Positions 14,401 through 26,406 of a DNA stretch of 64,000 nucleotides are shown here, piece by piece (position 1 is the first letter of the stretch; each line of letters opens with the position of its first letter). Source of the stretch: Eledone cirrhosa (taxonomy: Eukaryota). The notes under the pieces are model-generated. The model was not told the origin of the DNA. It did not search any database and was given only the letters and a program-made list of their open reading frames with translations. The translations under genes were made by a program, and so were the position numbers. The stretch is taken from contig OZ024742.1 in assembly GCA_964016885.1 (NCBI GenBank), forward strand, positions 59,706,001 through 59,770,000, written 5' to 3'.

Positions 14401-14895
14401 CGGGCTGAGGGGCCAAACTCCTCAAATACCGGTCGCTCTCCAACAGGTTTGCGGTCGTTCCCCTGGCAGTGGAGACTTCTGGTGTCCTTGGCCCCAGGGT
14501 TACCTCCTTACTGACCACCACAGGCGCTGAGTTGGCCAGCCGTAGGTGTGAGCCCCGCTAGTTGGAGTGGCTTTTCCAGCGCGTCTCCTTTGCCGTCCTC
14601 CGGGGAAACGCCTTCTCCATTCTATCCCCCGGGGCTGTGGGTGGGCCCCATCGCGTACCAATACATTAGTTAAATATCATTCTTTCATCTCATACTGTCC
14701 AGATACATATATTTTGTTGCCTGGTAAGTTAAGCAAGTGTCTTCTCCCTTAATCACAGCTCGTCAAATGTTTCTAAGATGGATTTAGTGCGGAATAGCGT
14801 TGGAGGGGCCGTTTCTTTCCTACGGTGAAATGTTTACTTAATCACTTTTATCCAGTTAAACAGAACCATATGGCCTTCCATGCCCTTCAATAAAA
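11430..14895 (+). mobile_element. near full-length CRE-clade (RLE-type) non-LTR retrotransposon
   Basis: GC-rich island with RT and C-terminal zinc knuckle + restriction-like endonuclease motifs; 3' UTR ends near AATAAA at about 14889. Boundaries approximate. Confidence 0.85.
11666..14670 (+). pseudogene. frameshifted single ORF: PHD finger - reverse transcriptase - CCHC - restriction-like endonuclease
   Basis: CSTC..CLGC.GCFHH.LTC..WRCRSC (PHD); KLDMRNAFN, GVQQGDPLGPLLF, WYLDD (RT); CRCG..HPLSC, RHTALNE, EP..RPDG..D (RLE). Split across ORFs 11240, 12282, 12730, 13320 and 14116. Confidence 0.87.
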
Positions 14896-14910
14896 CAAGT
14901 AATAAATAAT

Positions 14911-15095
14911 TGTTTCTACTTTAGGCACAAGGCCAGCAATTACCCAGTGCATTACTGGTACTTTATTTTATCGACCCCGTAAGGATGAAAGGCAAAGTCA
15001 ACCTCGGCGGGATTTGAACTCAGATCGTAAAGGGATGTAACTATGCTGGAAAGCATGGCGTCCGACCCTCTACCGATACTGCCAATCCACCACCC
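14911..15095 (-). mobile_element. tRNA-derived SINE (family 1 subfamily), copy 1
   Basis: TGTTTCTACTTTAGGCACAAGGCC..GGATGAAAGGCAAAGTCAACCTCGGCGGGATTTGAACTC..CTGCCAATCCACCACC. Confidence 0.88.
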
Positions 15096-15109
15096 AAGTA
15101 ATAAATAAT

Positions 15110-15297
15110 TGTTTCTACTTTTGCCACAAGGCCAGCAATTACCCAGTACATTACTGGTACTTTATTTTATCGTCCCCGTGAGGATGAAAGGCAAAGTTAA
15201 CCTCGGCGGCATTTGAACTCAAATCGTAAAGGGATGTAACTCTGTGCGTCAAAGCATGGCGTCCGACCCTCTACTGATACTGCCAATCAACCACCCC
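15110..15297 (-). mobile_element. tRNA-derived SINE (family 1 subfamily), copy 2 in tandem
   Basis: Same sequence as the preceding copy with scattered differences. Confidence 0.88.
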
Positions 15298-16055
15298 TAC
15301 AAGCAATAAATAATATCGCAAAAAGACAATTTGAACGACATAAACAAAAGTAATAGGAACAATCATATCGAACATGAGTTCGGCCCGTTGTCCTTTGACT
15401 AAAACATTAAATAAATATTAAAATAATAATTGATGAACATATAATACAATTAAAATCTAATATATAGAGAATCTACGTAAACAAACACCAAGGTCAAACA
15501 TAAATATCACAGCACAAAGAAAGACCAAATATCAATATGAACAATTTTATGTGCGTTTGGCTGTTTCTTACTATAATTTATAGAAATAAAATAATTATTA
15601 TTGATATATCACTTACCACACACAGGATGGTTTAATCCATTACGTCTCAGTTAAAAATAATGATTTACGATATACCGACGCAAATATGCACACACATACA
15701 CGCACACACACGCATGTACACACACACATTTATATATAAATAGAGAGATCAGCGGTTGATGAAAAATCACAAAATCCATATATATATATCACATTATATA
15801 TATATATATATATATATGAAATCCTGAGTTTTATATAAAATAATATTAACATTATTAATGTAGCAGATATACACAATTGTCGATTGTTTCACTCTGCTAC
15901 TGCTGGAACAAAAAGATGACGATAGTCTAAAACACATGGTGTTAATAGGCTGTTTGCTTGCAAACACATAGAATATTAATAGTATTATTATGATATAATT
16001 ATTATTTGATATAAAATTCATGAATTTATTTACGTATCAGCTATGTTATAGCGAA

Positions 16056-16147
<92 letters not shown>

Positions 16148-16224
16148 TGTGAGTCCCGTGTTCAATCTGAGGTAACCACAGTAAGTAAGGCACTCAATAC
16201 ATAGTGTATATACTGGATTTAATG

Positions 16225-16335
16225 TAGAAATGGTTTCTACAGGACCAGAACTGTTTCATTCGAAGGAAAACATCAGGAAAGCCCCTTCTGATGATTTCCT
16301 TCGAATTAAACAGTTCTAGTCCTGTAGAAGCCATT

Positions 16336-16339
<4 letters not shown>
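16225..16339. repeat. foldback of two degenerate hammerhead-like motifs (Penelope-type terminal remnant)
   Basis: About 55-bp inverted arms; each reads CTGATG(A/T)-TTTCCTTCGAAT-(G/T)AAA-CAG..CTG-TA-GAA(G/A)CC; followed by (TA)n. Confidence 0.65.
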
Positions 16340-16388
<49 letters not shown>

Positions 16389-16518
16389 AAATTAAAGGGA
16401 ACAAAGAATCAGAGTTGCATCATATACATATTTGCACCCCTAATGCCTATATATATAATATATTGATTTAAAACTGCACTATTCACAAATGTTTTTTAAC
16501 CTTCATATCATGTCTTCC

Positions 16519-16589
16519 TATTTTATCTGATGAAAACACAAATAGTATTGCATGATGATATTTGTTTTTGAAATGCGCATAATAAAATA
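16519..16589 (+). ncRNA. minimal type I hammerhead ribozyme
   Basis: Stem I TATTTTAT/ATAAAATA; CTGATGA; stem II AAACACAAATA/TATTTGTTTTT; GAAA; palindromic stem III ATGCGCAT; cleavage triplet AUA. Confidence 0.8.
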
Positions 16590-16712
16590 CATGGAACTCT
16601 TTTAACCATCTTTTGATCTTATATATTATGTATACTTCAGTCCTACAAACTGTAGAGTGCTTCTTATCCGATATCTGCGTTGCTTTATTGTACTACAATA
16701 AAACTCACCTCC

Positions 16713-16782
<70 letters not shown>

Positions 16783-16799
16783 TATAGTATAGTATCGTA

Positions 16800-16991
16800 T
16801 AGTATAAGTAACGATTCATACATTTAACATGTATGTACGACCATTTGTTTCCTGGGTACAGTTATGGCCACCACAGTGTATTGGAGGAGACGCTTCCAAA
16901 CTGACCCCTCATCGGGAACGCGAACAATAACTGGATCCTGAAACCAATGGTCGTACATACATGTTAAGTGTATGAAACTTTATTTATACTA
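16800..16991. repeat. inverted repeat with degenerate hammerhead-like motif
   Basis: Arms 16800-16865 and 16927-16991; right arm reads GAAA-CC-AAT-GG-TC-GTAC; minus strand carries CCGATGA-GGGGTCAGTT. Confidence 0.6.
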
Positions 16992-17569
16992 AATAAGCTC
17001 TCTTGCTATAGATTGAGCATTGTTTTCCTTGATCTTTCATCTACGCGTATCCTGCATGTATACATATATATGTATTAATTACAGTATCTATGTGTGATTG
17101 TGTGTGTGTGTGCGTGTGTGTGTGCATATAAAAATATACTAACAACAGATTAGTTTATTTGCACTAATTATTGTATGCAGTACAGTCTCCATGATAAATT
17201 ACACTGAGCGGTTTAACCTCAGATTTATCAATATATACCAATCTATGTACTCGATTGCGTATCTAACATCGGCTGAAACCATTTGTTGACGATAAAACTT
17301 AAACAAATATACAACAAATAAAAATTCTATTTGATATTCAAATAGTCCATTATTCTTTTTCTGGTTTCAGTCATTAGAATGGGGCCAAGCTGGGACACTG
17401 CATTTATTTGGTCGATTATATTCATCCCGGTTCTTGCTTTTCCATTCCATCGATTCTTGTACGCATTTAATCGATTTTTTTTTATCGAATAACTAAGTTT
17501 CAGGACAGACTCAAACACGGAAGCAGAAAACTAACTCTCCACACGCTTCCACACACACACACACACAGA

Positions 17570-17661
<92 letters not shown>

Positions 17662-17753
17662 CACAAACATATACACATGTGAATATATATATATATATAT
17701 ATATATATTACATATGTGTGTGTGTGTTTGGATGGGACCACTCATTTAAACTG

Positions 17754-17834
17754 GCATATCTGAAGAGGTGTCGATTAAGAGTCGGAATCCGATCACCTGA
17801 CTAAACCCGAGCTATCGAAACAGTTGTAATATGC
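17754..17834 (+). ncRNA. minimal type I hammerhead ribozyme with long stem II
   Basis: Stem I GCATAT/ATATGC; CTGAAGA; stem II GGTG..TATC; GAAA; stem III A-CAGTTG-T; GUA triplet. Confidence 0.72.
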
Positions 17835-17941
17835 AATAACATTTTGTAACAATCTGCAAATTTGACTTCTTATCCGCGCCTCTTTGCTCCTTTCTCTCTC
17901 TCTCTCTTTCACACACAAACACATGCTCTCTCTCTCTCTCT

Positions 17942-18057
<116 letters not shown>

Positions 18058-18295
18058 GTAGTAAAGTTAATACGAAGCATTGTGAGATAGATAACTGGCC
18101 AGTTAATGAAGAACACATCGATCGTTTGTTTTTCTTTTGAACTGTTTCTGCTTTACATTTGATATGAGGGTTGTCTCTGAAATATCGTGTTGAAATATAC
18201 TGTTTGCTTTGTTTTATTTGTCATCCTTTGATTTTATATATTTCTACTGCATTGTACAGGCTTTTTGAAACTTATGGTCTTTTATTACATATTTA

Positions 18296-18450
<155 letters not shown>

Positions 18451-18456
18451 GTAAGA

Positions 18457-18508
18457 GGCTTTTCTGATGATTTCCTCCGAATGAAACAGTTCTAGTCCTG
18501 TTGAAGTC
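18457..18508 (+). ncRNA. hammerhead-like motif, same family as 16225-16339
   Basis: GGCTTTT-CTGATGA-TTTCCTCCGAAT-GAAA-CAG..CTG-TT-GAAGTC, between (TA)n tracts; first stem II pair is U.U. Confidence 0.55.
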
Positions 18509-18521
18509 ACATGTATATATA

Positions 18522-18965
18522 TCTATATTATAAAGCTGATGGCCGTATGTATGTAACAAACCTTTCGCCAAACGGCTCTACTAAAAAGCACCAAATTTGC
18601 ACCATAGATGTAACTTTTTCCAAGTAAGAAAGTGAGTGTATTTTTGTCTTCTAAATTTCGTTAAAAGATTAAAGATATTTTATCGTTTATTTAAATATTC
18701 ACTTCTTTAAAATTTTCAAATGTCAACACTTCTGTTTATACGACATTCCTCTCTCTTTCTTAGTCTGTCTTTTTAGATAGATACATGGCTATAACGTCGC
18801 GCCCTTATAATATGTCTTTGTATGTCTGGCTGATTGCATTAGATACATAGCTATAACGTCGCACGCGTATAATATCTGTCTGTATGGCTGCCTGTCTGAA
18901 TTGACTTCGGTTCTAACCAACTTTTCATTAATTCAGTGCACGCCCTCTCAATATTTAATTATATA

Positions 18966-19040
<75 letters not shown>

Positions 19041-19430
19041 AGTAATAATAATAAATGTGAAGACTAAAATGGAAAGAGGGCTCGATAAGGATAAATATAT
19101 ATCAAATATTGTTCTCATTGCTGACGTATTATCTTCGCTTTTTTCCGTTCATTGCCAGGGAACTTCTTCACGAACCAAAGTATCGTCTTCCTGTTTTCCT
19201 TCGGTTGAAACGTTTTTCGACATATTTAATTCTGCGTTCACAGATTGATTTTATTTATTTTCAGAATATCCCGTTAAGGGTGAAAGCAGCGATTCTTTGC
19301 TTAAACTTTAATCTGTTATTTTAATATATATATATTTATATGATTATATATTCGTGTCAGATATTTGTGCATACACAAAAACAAAATATAAACAAACGTA
19401 TTTATTTCACGAAAGCACAGACGGCTTATC
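18522..19430 (+). mobile_element. non-autonomous Helitron-like segment (5' part)
   Basis: Starts A|TCTATATTATAAAGCTGA followed by GTAT repeats; 18604-18960 recurs at 34112-34325 and 34987-35120; runs into a Helitron helicase remnant. Confidence 0.6.
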
Positions 19431-19523
19431 GTCCTTGTTATTGCCGATATGCCACCCAGAAAGTCCCAGCCTGGCCGCAAGATCTGATTTTCCAGAAGAA
19501 AAAATGTTACTAGAGCAACAGAG

Positions 19524-19641
19524 AAACTAAGCTTCACGATTACCATCAACAAAGCTCAGGGTCAAGCCCTAAAAGTGGCTGGCCTTCATCTGGGAAAACC
19601 ATGCTTCTACCATGGTCAATTGTATGTAGGATGCTCTAGAG
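19524..19641 (+). pseudogene. Helitron PIF1-like helicase remnant (motifs V-VI)
   Basis: Translates KLSFTITINKAQGQALKVAGLHLGKPCFYHGQLYVGCSR. Confidence 0.9.
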
Positions 19642-20376
19642 CAAAGGTTCTCAACCCATTTCAGCCAAACTTTTGCCCCTCAAAATCACGAAACGCCCGC
19701 TACCCTATTTTTCCATTACTACTGATTTTAATATCAGTAGATTTATGGGCCAAATCAAGTTATGTTAGAATCTTTAAAAAGATCTTTAAAAAATACTCGT
19801 ACGAATTAAATACAAAAAAGTTTCAGTCCAAAACAAAAGCAAGCTATTTCAAATTATATATTTAAAAAAAGAGACGTGAATGTTCCCAAAGTATTGCCCT
19901 CAGTAGAAAAAGCTTTTTTAAATTCTGTATTTCACTGTTAGTTGTTGTAATATTTTGAGTGGATAGACAATTCTACAATTCAAACTGTAAAGTCAAAATT
20001 CAAAAGACGCAAAATATCAAGAAATTCTTACCTTTCTCTTGAATCACAAACTCAAGGGAAAAATAGTACCTAGCAAAATAAAGTGCCTCGATCACAAACT
20101 AAGTTGCAACGAATGAATTGAGATGCTTGGTGACAGTGAACAAACAATATCTGTATCCCTTATATATATATACATTAGATAGATACACACACACATACAC
20201 GCGCGCGCGCGCACGCACACACACACACACAAACAAACTTGTGTGTGTGTGTCTAACGCCATATATATATATATATATATATAATGTCATGACTAAATTA
20301 TAACCATCAACATATATAATGCCATAACTAAATTATAACCATCAACATAGTCAAGGTATGTCAAGCATCAACTTAC

Positions 20377-20436
20377 TTTATCTGATGAGGAGGTACTGTT
20401 GAAATAGCTCAGTATCTCTGAAATATGTATAATAAA
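20377..20436 (+). ncRNA. minimal type I hammerhead ribozyme
   Basis: TTTAT/ATAAA stem I; CTGATGA; 10-bp stem II GGAGGTACTG/CAGTATCTCT; GAAA; near-palindromic ATATGTAT; AUA triplet; (TA)n downstream. Confidence 0.7.
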
Positions 20437-20804
20437 ATATATTTGATCACATGAATGTCTATATTTATTAATATTTTGAAATAATATATATATATATGTA
20501 TATAGTAATAATAAATTTGAAGAGAGAGAAAGAGAGAGTAAGAAATGTGTGGTGTGTGTGTATTTGGTAGACGTCTATCTATCTATCTATCTATCTATCT
20601 TGATAGAGTAAGACACGCTTCACATCGGCTCCGCTATTCCATCGGGATTTACCCTTACTATAGTAAGTACCGGATAAATTTTTCAGTGCAACACATTTGG
20701 AACACTAACCCCTGTTATTTAGGGAAACATTCTTGCATTTACCCCCTTTTTAGGGGGTAAAATAAATATCTATTTTTTTGCCGAAAAATTTCTTTCTTGG
20801 CAGC

Positions 20805-22667
20805 ATGGCGGAAAAGATGGCAGACATGTCTGCCATTAGCTCTGCCACGCCCCCCAAGTCTGAAGAACAAAAATAATTACAACAAAATTAGACAACGAAA
20901 CAAACAAGGAAAATGAAAAAACAAATGTTAAGGAAAATGAGCAAACGGAAAACAAACAAACAGCAAATAATACAAATAACAACAGGGCAACTTTCGCCCA
21001 GAAAACAAAACAATCCATAACATACACACCAATTGACTTAACTGCCGCCAGAGAAAAACTGGCCGAAGTGAAAAAACAAATAGTCTTGGGGGAGAACGGA
21101 ATGTTTTCCATTAACTCCCCCCCCCAGAATTCAAGAAAGCCAGAACAGAGAGCACAGTTCTCTTCAGAACTATACTGAACCAAACAAGAAAGCCAGCACA
21201 GCCCAGCCAAATGGAAATAGAGTTGGTCCTAAAAGACTATATGAAGAATATTCTCTTCATACGAAAGGACCGACTCTATGGCAGCATTTCGGTCTTAACA
21301 AAAGACAAGGAAACGGCGGAGAAGCTTTCCCTAAGCCCACTCTCATCGACAACATACAGCTTCTATCCCTCCTACATTGGTAGAAGAACACAGAGAGTAA
21401 AAGTAAAAACAATGCTGCCCACAATGGACTTCTGGTGGGCTATTGCTGGCTTCATAGACATGGGCGAAGACACAATGCTGTCAATGGGGAAGGCAACTGG
21501 AGATGCGTTCCTGGGAATGGGCCTCGACATACTAGTCCAAATGAGGCCCGAAAGAATAGCACAAATCCCGGATCGCATCTGGCTGGATGACCTTACCCCA
21601 ATAGATATAATTGTAGAGGGGAGAAGACCAGCATGCAATTTATGCATGGAAACGGGACACGTTAAGGCTAACTGCCCGAAACGTATCCCCCAAAAAGGAC
21701 TATTGCCCACACCCACCACAAACAGTACACCAACACCACCCACCTCCAAAAATACACTAATACCACACACAGCAAACAAAATACAGACACCACCAACCAC
21801 AAACACAACACAAACATCACCACAAACACAACACAAACATCACCACCACCAGCACCAAACACAAGCACGACACAAAAATCACCACCACCAACCACAACAC
21901 AAACATCACCACCACCATCACCAACCACAAGCACGACACAAACATTACCACCACCACCACCACCACAAAACCCATTCCAAACAAATAATAAAAAAAACAG
22001 TAACAAATCTACCCCTCCCGCAAAAAAAAAACAACCACACAACACGTCCCTCCCACCTAGCGCTGAAGAGTTTCCCCCAACTTCTGAAGAAGAAGGAGGA
22101 GAAGCCTTCAGACAAGTTAAAAGAAAAAAAAGAAAACACACACCCAGCACACCACAAATAACCCACACACAAACACCAACTCCAATCAAAAACACCCCAC
22201 CCTCAACAAACAAAAATAAATCTGCGCCTCCCCTCTCCGAAACATTGACAGCATCACAAAAAAAGACGTTGTAATACACATATATAAATAAAGAAATCAA
22301 AAAACTGGTTAAATTAATAAACAATAACCCTATGGTGCAGACCGAAGGGCCAAACTTTATCTCAACAGAGAACTTCACCCATTTAAAAATGATAAAGGTC
22401 CCTCTGGACCTTTATCGTTCCTTAAAAGAACAATTTAGACGGGACGTGATCCCCCCCTGTTTAAAACCGTTAAATCGCGTCCTCTTGAAAGATTTCCCCA
22501 TAACCGCCCCTCTCCCTGACACAACTCCAAATACCCCAACCCCACCACACACGGGTACCCCCAGACCACCACAAAACATCCCTCCACTCATCACACCTGA
22601 TGCCATGGAAATTACACAACCCGGAGAGGTAGGTGCTTTTCTTTCTTCACTTTCAACACCAAAATAG
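20805..22667 (+). pseudogene. LINE ORF1 (gag-like, CCHC zinc knuckle), frameshifted
   Basis: ATG at 20805; CNLCMETGHVKANC knuckle; T/P-rich low-complexity repeats; broken into ORFs 21211 and 22332. Confidence 0.82.
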
Positions 22668-22672
22668 ATCAA

Positions 22673-25600
22673 TTGAGAGTTGGCTGTTTGAACGCGCGTG
22701 GCCTGGGCTCAGCTTGGAAGCAAGCAAAGCTTCTAAATGACCTCAGGTCACAAAGTATAGATGTTATGGTTGTTTGCGCGAGTCGGATCAGCAGCGTGAG
22801 ACAGCTGGCGCCCGCCTTCGATGACTTTGAGATGCACGCATCTCTCTGTCAACCCGGAGGCGGGGGGGGGGGGAGTTGCCGTACTGCTGGATAAACGTCT
22901 GGCTCTCGACGTACAGATTGTTCACTCGGACCCGGGGGGTCGATTACTGGTGCTGGACGTCGGAGGCGGTGAAGGCGGGGCTTTCAGACTGGTCGGTCTT
23001 TATGCCCCCTTCGGGGCTGAAAGAGCCGACTTCTTCCAGCGTATGGAGACTTTTCTAGGAACGTCGCGTTCCCTGCTTTTAGTGGGGGACTGGAATGGAA
23101 TCCTAGATGCGCGTTGGGACTATGCAGGGGCATGTCCCGATAGAGGGCGGTGTAGCAGCCTCAAGGGGTTACTCGATCGATTCGACCTGGTCGATAGATT
23201 TCGACTAGATTGTCCAACTGCGCCAACCTGGACCTGGGCAAACCGCAGTGGACAATCTAGATCGTACCTAGATAGGTTTTTGGTTAGGAGTAAGGATAGG
23301 GACGTATTTAGTTGTCCAGAATTGATCATGGTTGGCTATTCAGATCACAAATTAGTGACCTGCGTGGTCAACCTTGATAGAACGCATAGGCAGGGTCCCG
23401 GTTACTGGAAGATGAACTTGTCCTTGCCGGCAAAGAAAGATTACAGGAACCGGATTAGTAGCTTAGTTAAGATGCGGTTGACGGGAGCGATCGTCAACAG
23501 TAGGTGGCGGGTATCTCTAAAGAGAGAGATTAGAGTAAGTTCGATAGGTTACAGTAAGGAACTAGCGGCGAATAGAAATAGTAAGGAAAGGGAGTTAACA
23601 TAAACTAGAAGAGTCGATTAGGAGCGGAGACGTAGCCAGAGTGTTAGCGGCGAGAACGGCGTTGAGCCAGTTCTTTGACGCGAAGCACGAAGGCTGCGTT
23701 GTCCGAAGTAAAATACGTGCTTTAGGAAACGAGGGGACCAAAGCTGTTAGCTGGGCCCGCGTGACAGAAGCCAAGAGTGGGATTAAATCCACCATTCGGT
23801 CTTTGCGAGACCAGGATGGACGGGTGATCCTTGAAACTGAGCGGATGTGCGAGGCCTTTCAAAGGCACTTTGCTCGACTGTTCGGAGGGGGCGGGGGGCC
23901 GGACGGGGATGTGGACTTCGGTCCATACCTCGACGGTCTACCGCGTCTTTCGAGCGGCGAAGCGGAGTGCTGCGAAAGGCCAATCACAGCCACTGAAATC
24001 GGGGAAGCGCTCAGCCAATGCAGCAGACGCAAATCCCCGGGTCTCGATGGTCTACCATACGAACTTTATTTAGCTATGCCGCTCTTGTTCTCCGAACTCC
24101 TCGAGGCTGTCTATTGCAACTGGCAACAGAACGGGAGAATTCCCTTTTCTGTGACCAAGGGCGTGGTCACGCTAGTGAGGAAGGACGAGAGCAAGAGGGA
24201 CGACTTAAGTAACTTTAGGCCCATAACTCTGCTGAATGCAGAGTTACAGATTTTGGCCAAGGTGTTGGCGAAGAGGTTGGCGCTTGTGGTGGGTGGTTTG
24301 GTGGGAGACGCGCAGACATGCGCTATCCCGTCCAGGTCCATTCACGACAACCTCCACCTCATGCGATACATCATAGAGAGGGTTGGCAACGAACCCAGCT
24401 TTGGTGGGGCCCTGATCAACTTGGATCAATCTAAGGCGTTCGATAGGGTCGACCATGGTTACCTGGATGGGGTGCTAGCGGCGGCGGGCTTCGGACCGTT
24501 TTCAGGGGCTGGATTTCTGCCATGCACAGTGGCAACATCTACTCTAGGATTAAAGTAAACGGCTACCTCTCGGAGCCGTTTCAAATCACCCGGTCCATCA
24601 GACAGGGGTGCCCCCTCTCCTCCCTTCTGTACGTATTGACTCTCGAGCCACTGCTGCGGAAGTTGGAGTTGCTGCGGGGCATACCCCTGGAACCGGGATT
24701 GCACAAAGCGGTCTCGGCCTATGCCGACGACGTAACAGTAATGGTGGCGGACGCCTCGGAAATCGGGGCGATCGCCATCCTACTGGAGGAATACGAAAGG
24801 CTGACGGCGGCTAGGCTGAACCAGCACAAGTCAGTCGGTTTGCAACTCGGAACGTGCAGGGGCAAACCGATGCCGTTAGACGGTGTCGTCGGGCGGTGGA
24901 CGGAGGGCCCGGTGAAGCTGCTCGGAGCCTGGTTCGGACCGGACCTCCAGGTGGAGAAGAATTGGGGCGAGGTGACGAGCAGGGTGTTTGCGCTGACCCA
25001 GAAGTGGGCCAAGTGCAAACTATCACTGAAAGGTCGGGCGGAGGTGACGAACGCTTACATAGCGTCCGTCATCTACTACCGCCTGACCGTCGTGCCTTGC
25101 CCCAAGGAAAAGCTCACCATCATGGAACGCATGCTCTTCCAGTTCCTCTGGAAGAAGCGGCCTCCCATGGTGAGGAGATCCATCTGCTGCCAGCACCCTT
25201 CGAAAGGAGGGCTGGGTATGCCGTGGCTGTTGATGCGTAGACACGCATTGAGGCTACGGCATCTACAGGTATTCCTCAACGGTCAGCCGGTGTGGCTCCC
25301 GTTTGTGAGGCGAGCCTTCCCACAGCTCGTCTCGCTCACCGAACTGCAATCCTGGGTGAAGCAAAGACCGAGAAAACTGGGCAACTGGCACACCGAGTGT
25401 GCCCAGGCGCTCACGGCTATCTGGCAAGCGGACCCGTCTATCAGTGGAGAATCCACCTCGACATTCTATAGAGGATTGGTGGCTAGCAAGGGCGACGACA
25501 CCCTTGGAGAGTCGCTAGGCATGGAGGAGGACGAACTGGCCAGCCTGTTCGGTAGAACTTTCGGCCCGGGACCCATGGACAACTTCCAGAGGTCCCTAGC

Positions 25601-26102
25601 CAGGCAGTGTTACCGGGGGGCTCTGCCCGTTCGAGAAAAGCTCTACAGACACGGGCGCCCGGGCAGGGATCCCGCGAAAAAGATCTGTCCCAGATGCGTG
25701 CGCGACGTGGAAACCGTTGCGCATGCACTGGTACACTGCCCGGGCGTTGCCGATCTGTGGGGCTACGTCGAACGACTGCTGTCGCGTGTGGCGCCGATTC
25801 GATTAACCGCCGAGTCTGTGGTGAACATCAAGCCGCCTCCTCCCTTCAGAAATGAAGCAGAGGCGGTCTTTCTGTGCGTAATAGCCATGATGAAAGAGGT
25901 TGTGTGGTGGACGCGCCTGAAAGGTCTGAGGCCGGGTGACTTTCTCTCCGGCCATCACCTGGTTTACTTCTTCCGATACCACTTCGGAAGAAGGATCAGG
26001 ATGGAGAGAGAAGTGCTTGGCCCCAGACAGTTTTATGAAAGGTGGGTGAAAGAAGCGAGAATGGCTCGTGTAAATGGGCCTTCTCTCTACATTGTTCTGT
26101 AG
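22673..26102 (+). pseudogene. LINE ORF2 (APE endonuclease - RT - C-terminal CCHC), disrupted
   Basis: GCLNARGL, GDWN, SYLDRF, SDH; KSPGLDGL, FRPITLLN, LDQSKAFDRV, RQGCPLS, AYADD; CPRC..ETVAHALVHC. Frameshift in poly-G at about 22865, stop at 23601, frameshift at about 24510. Confidence 0.93.
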
Positions 26103-26333
26103 GTGAAGAAGTGAAGAGGAAAGGGGGAGCGCCTCCTCTCTGGGCTTCCCCCGCGAAAAGAGTTGCACACTTTTCGGGGGTATGTGCAATCCCCAACACG
26201 CTCCCTCCCTTTTGAGGACTTTTTATTGTTATATTATTATTGTTATTCCTTTTTTCTTTACTCGATTTATGTAAACTCCCCCACTGTGTAAATGTCCCCT
26301 TCTTTTGTGCCCTCGTGGCAAATAAATAGAAAT

Positions 26334-26396
<63 letters not shown>

Positions 26397-26406
26397 ACTA
26401 TCTATC

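Larger units (their letters stand above)
20601..26334 (+). mobile_element. full-length Tx1/L1-clade LINE flanked by (TATC)n
   Basis: 5' UTR, ORF1, ORF2, 3' UTR with AATAAA; (TCTA)n at 20574-20600 and 26335-26406. Confidence 0.93.

Noticed and set aside
21800-21970. His/Gln-rich protein segment
   Set aside because: Probably an out-of-frame reading of a CA-rich Thr/Pro repeat in LINE ORF1.
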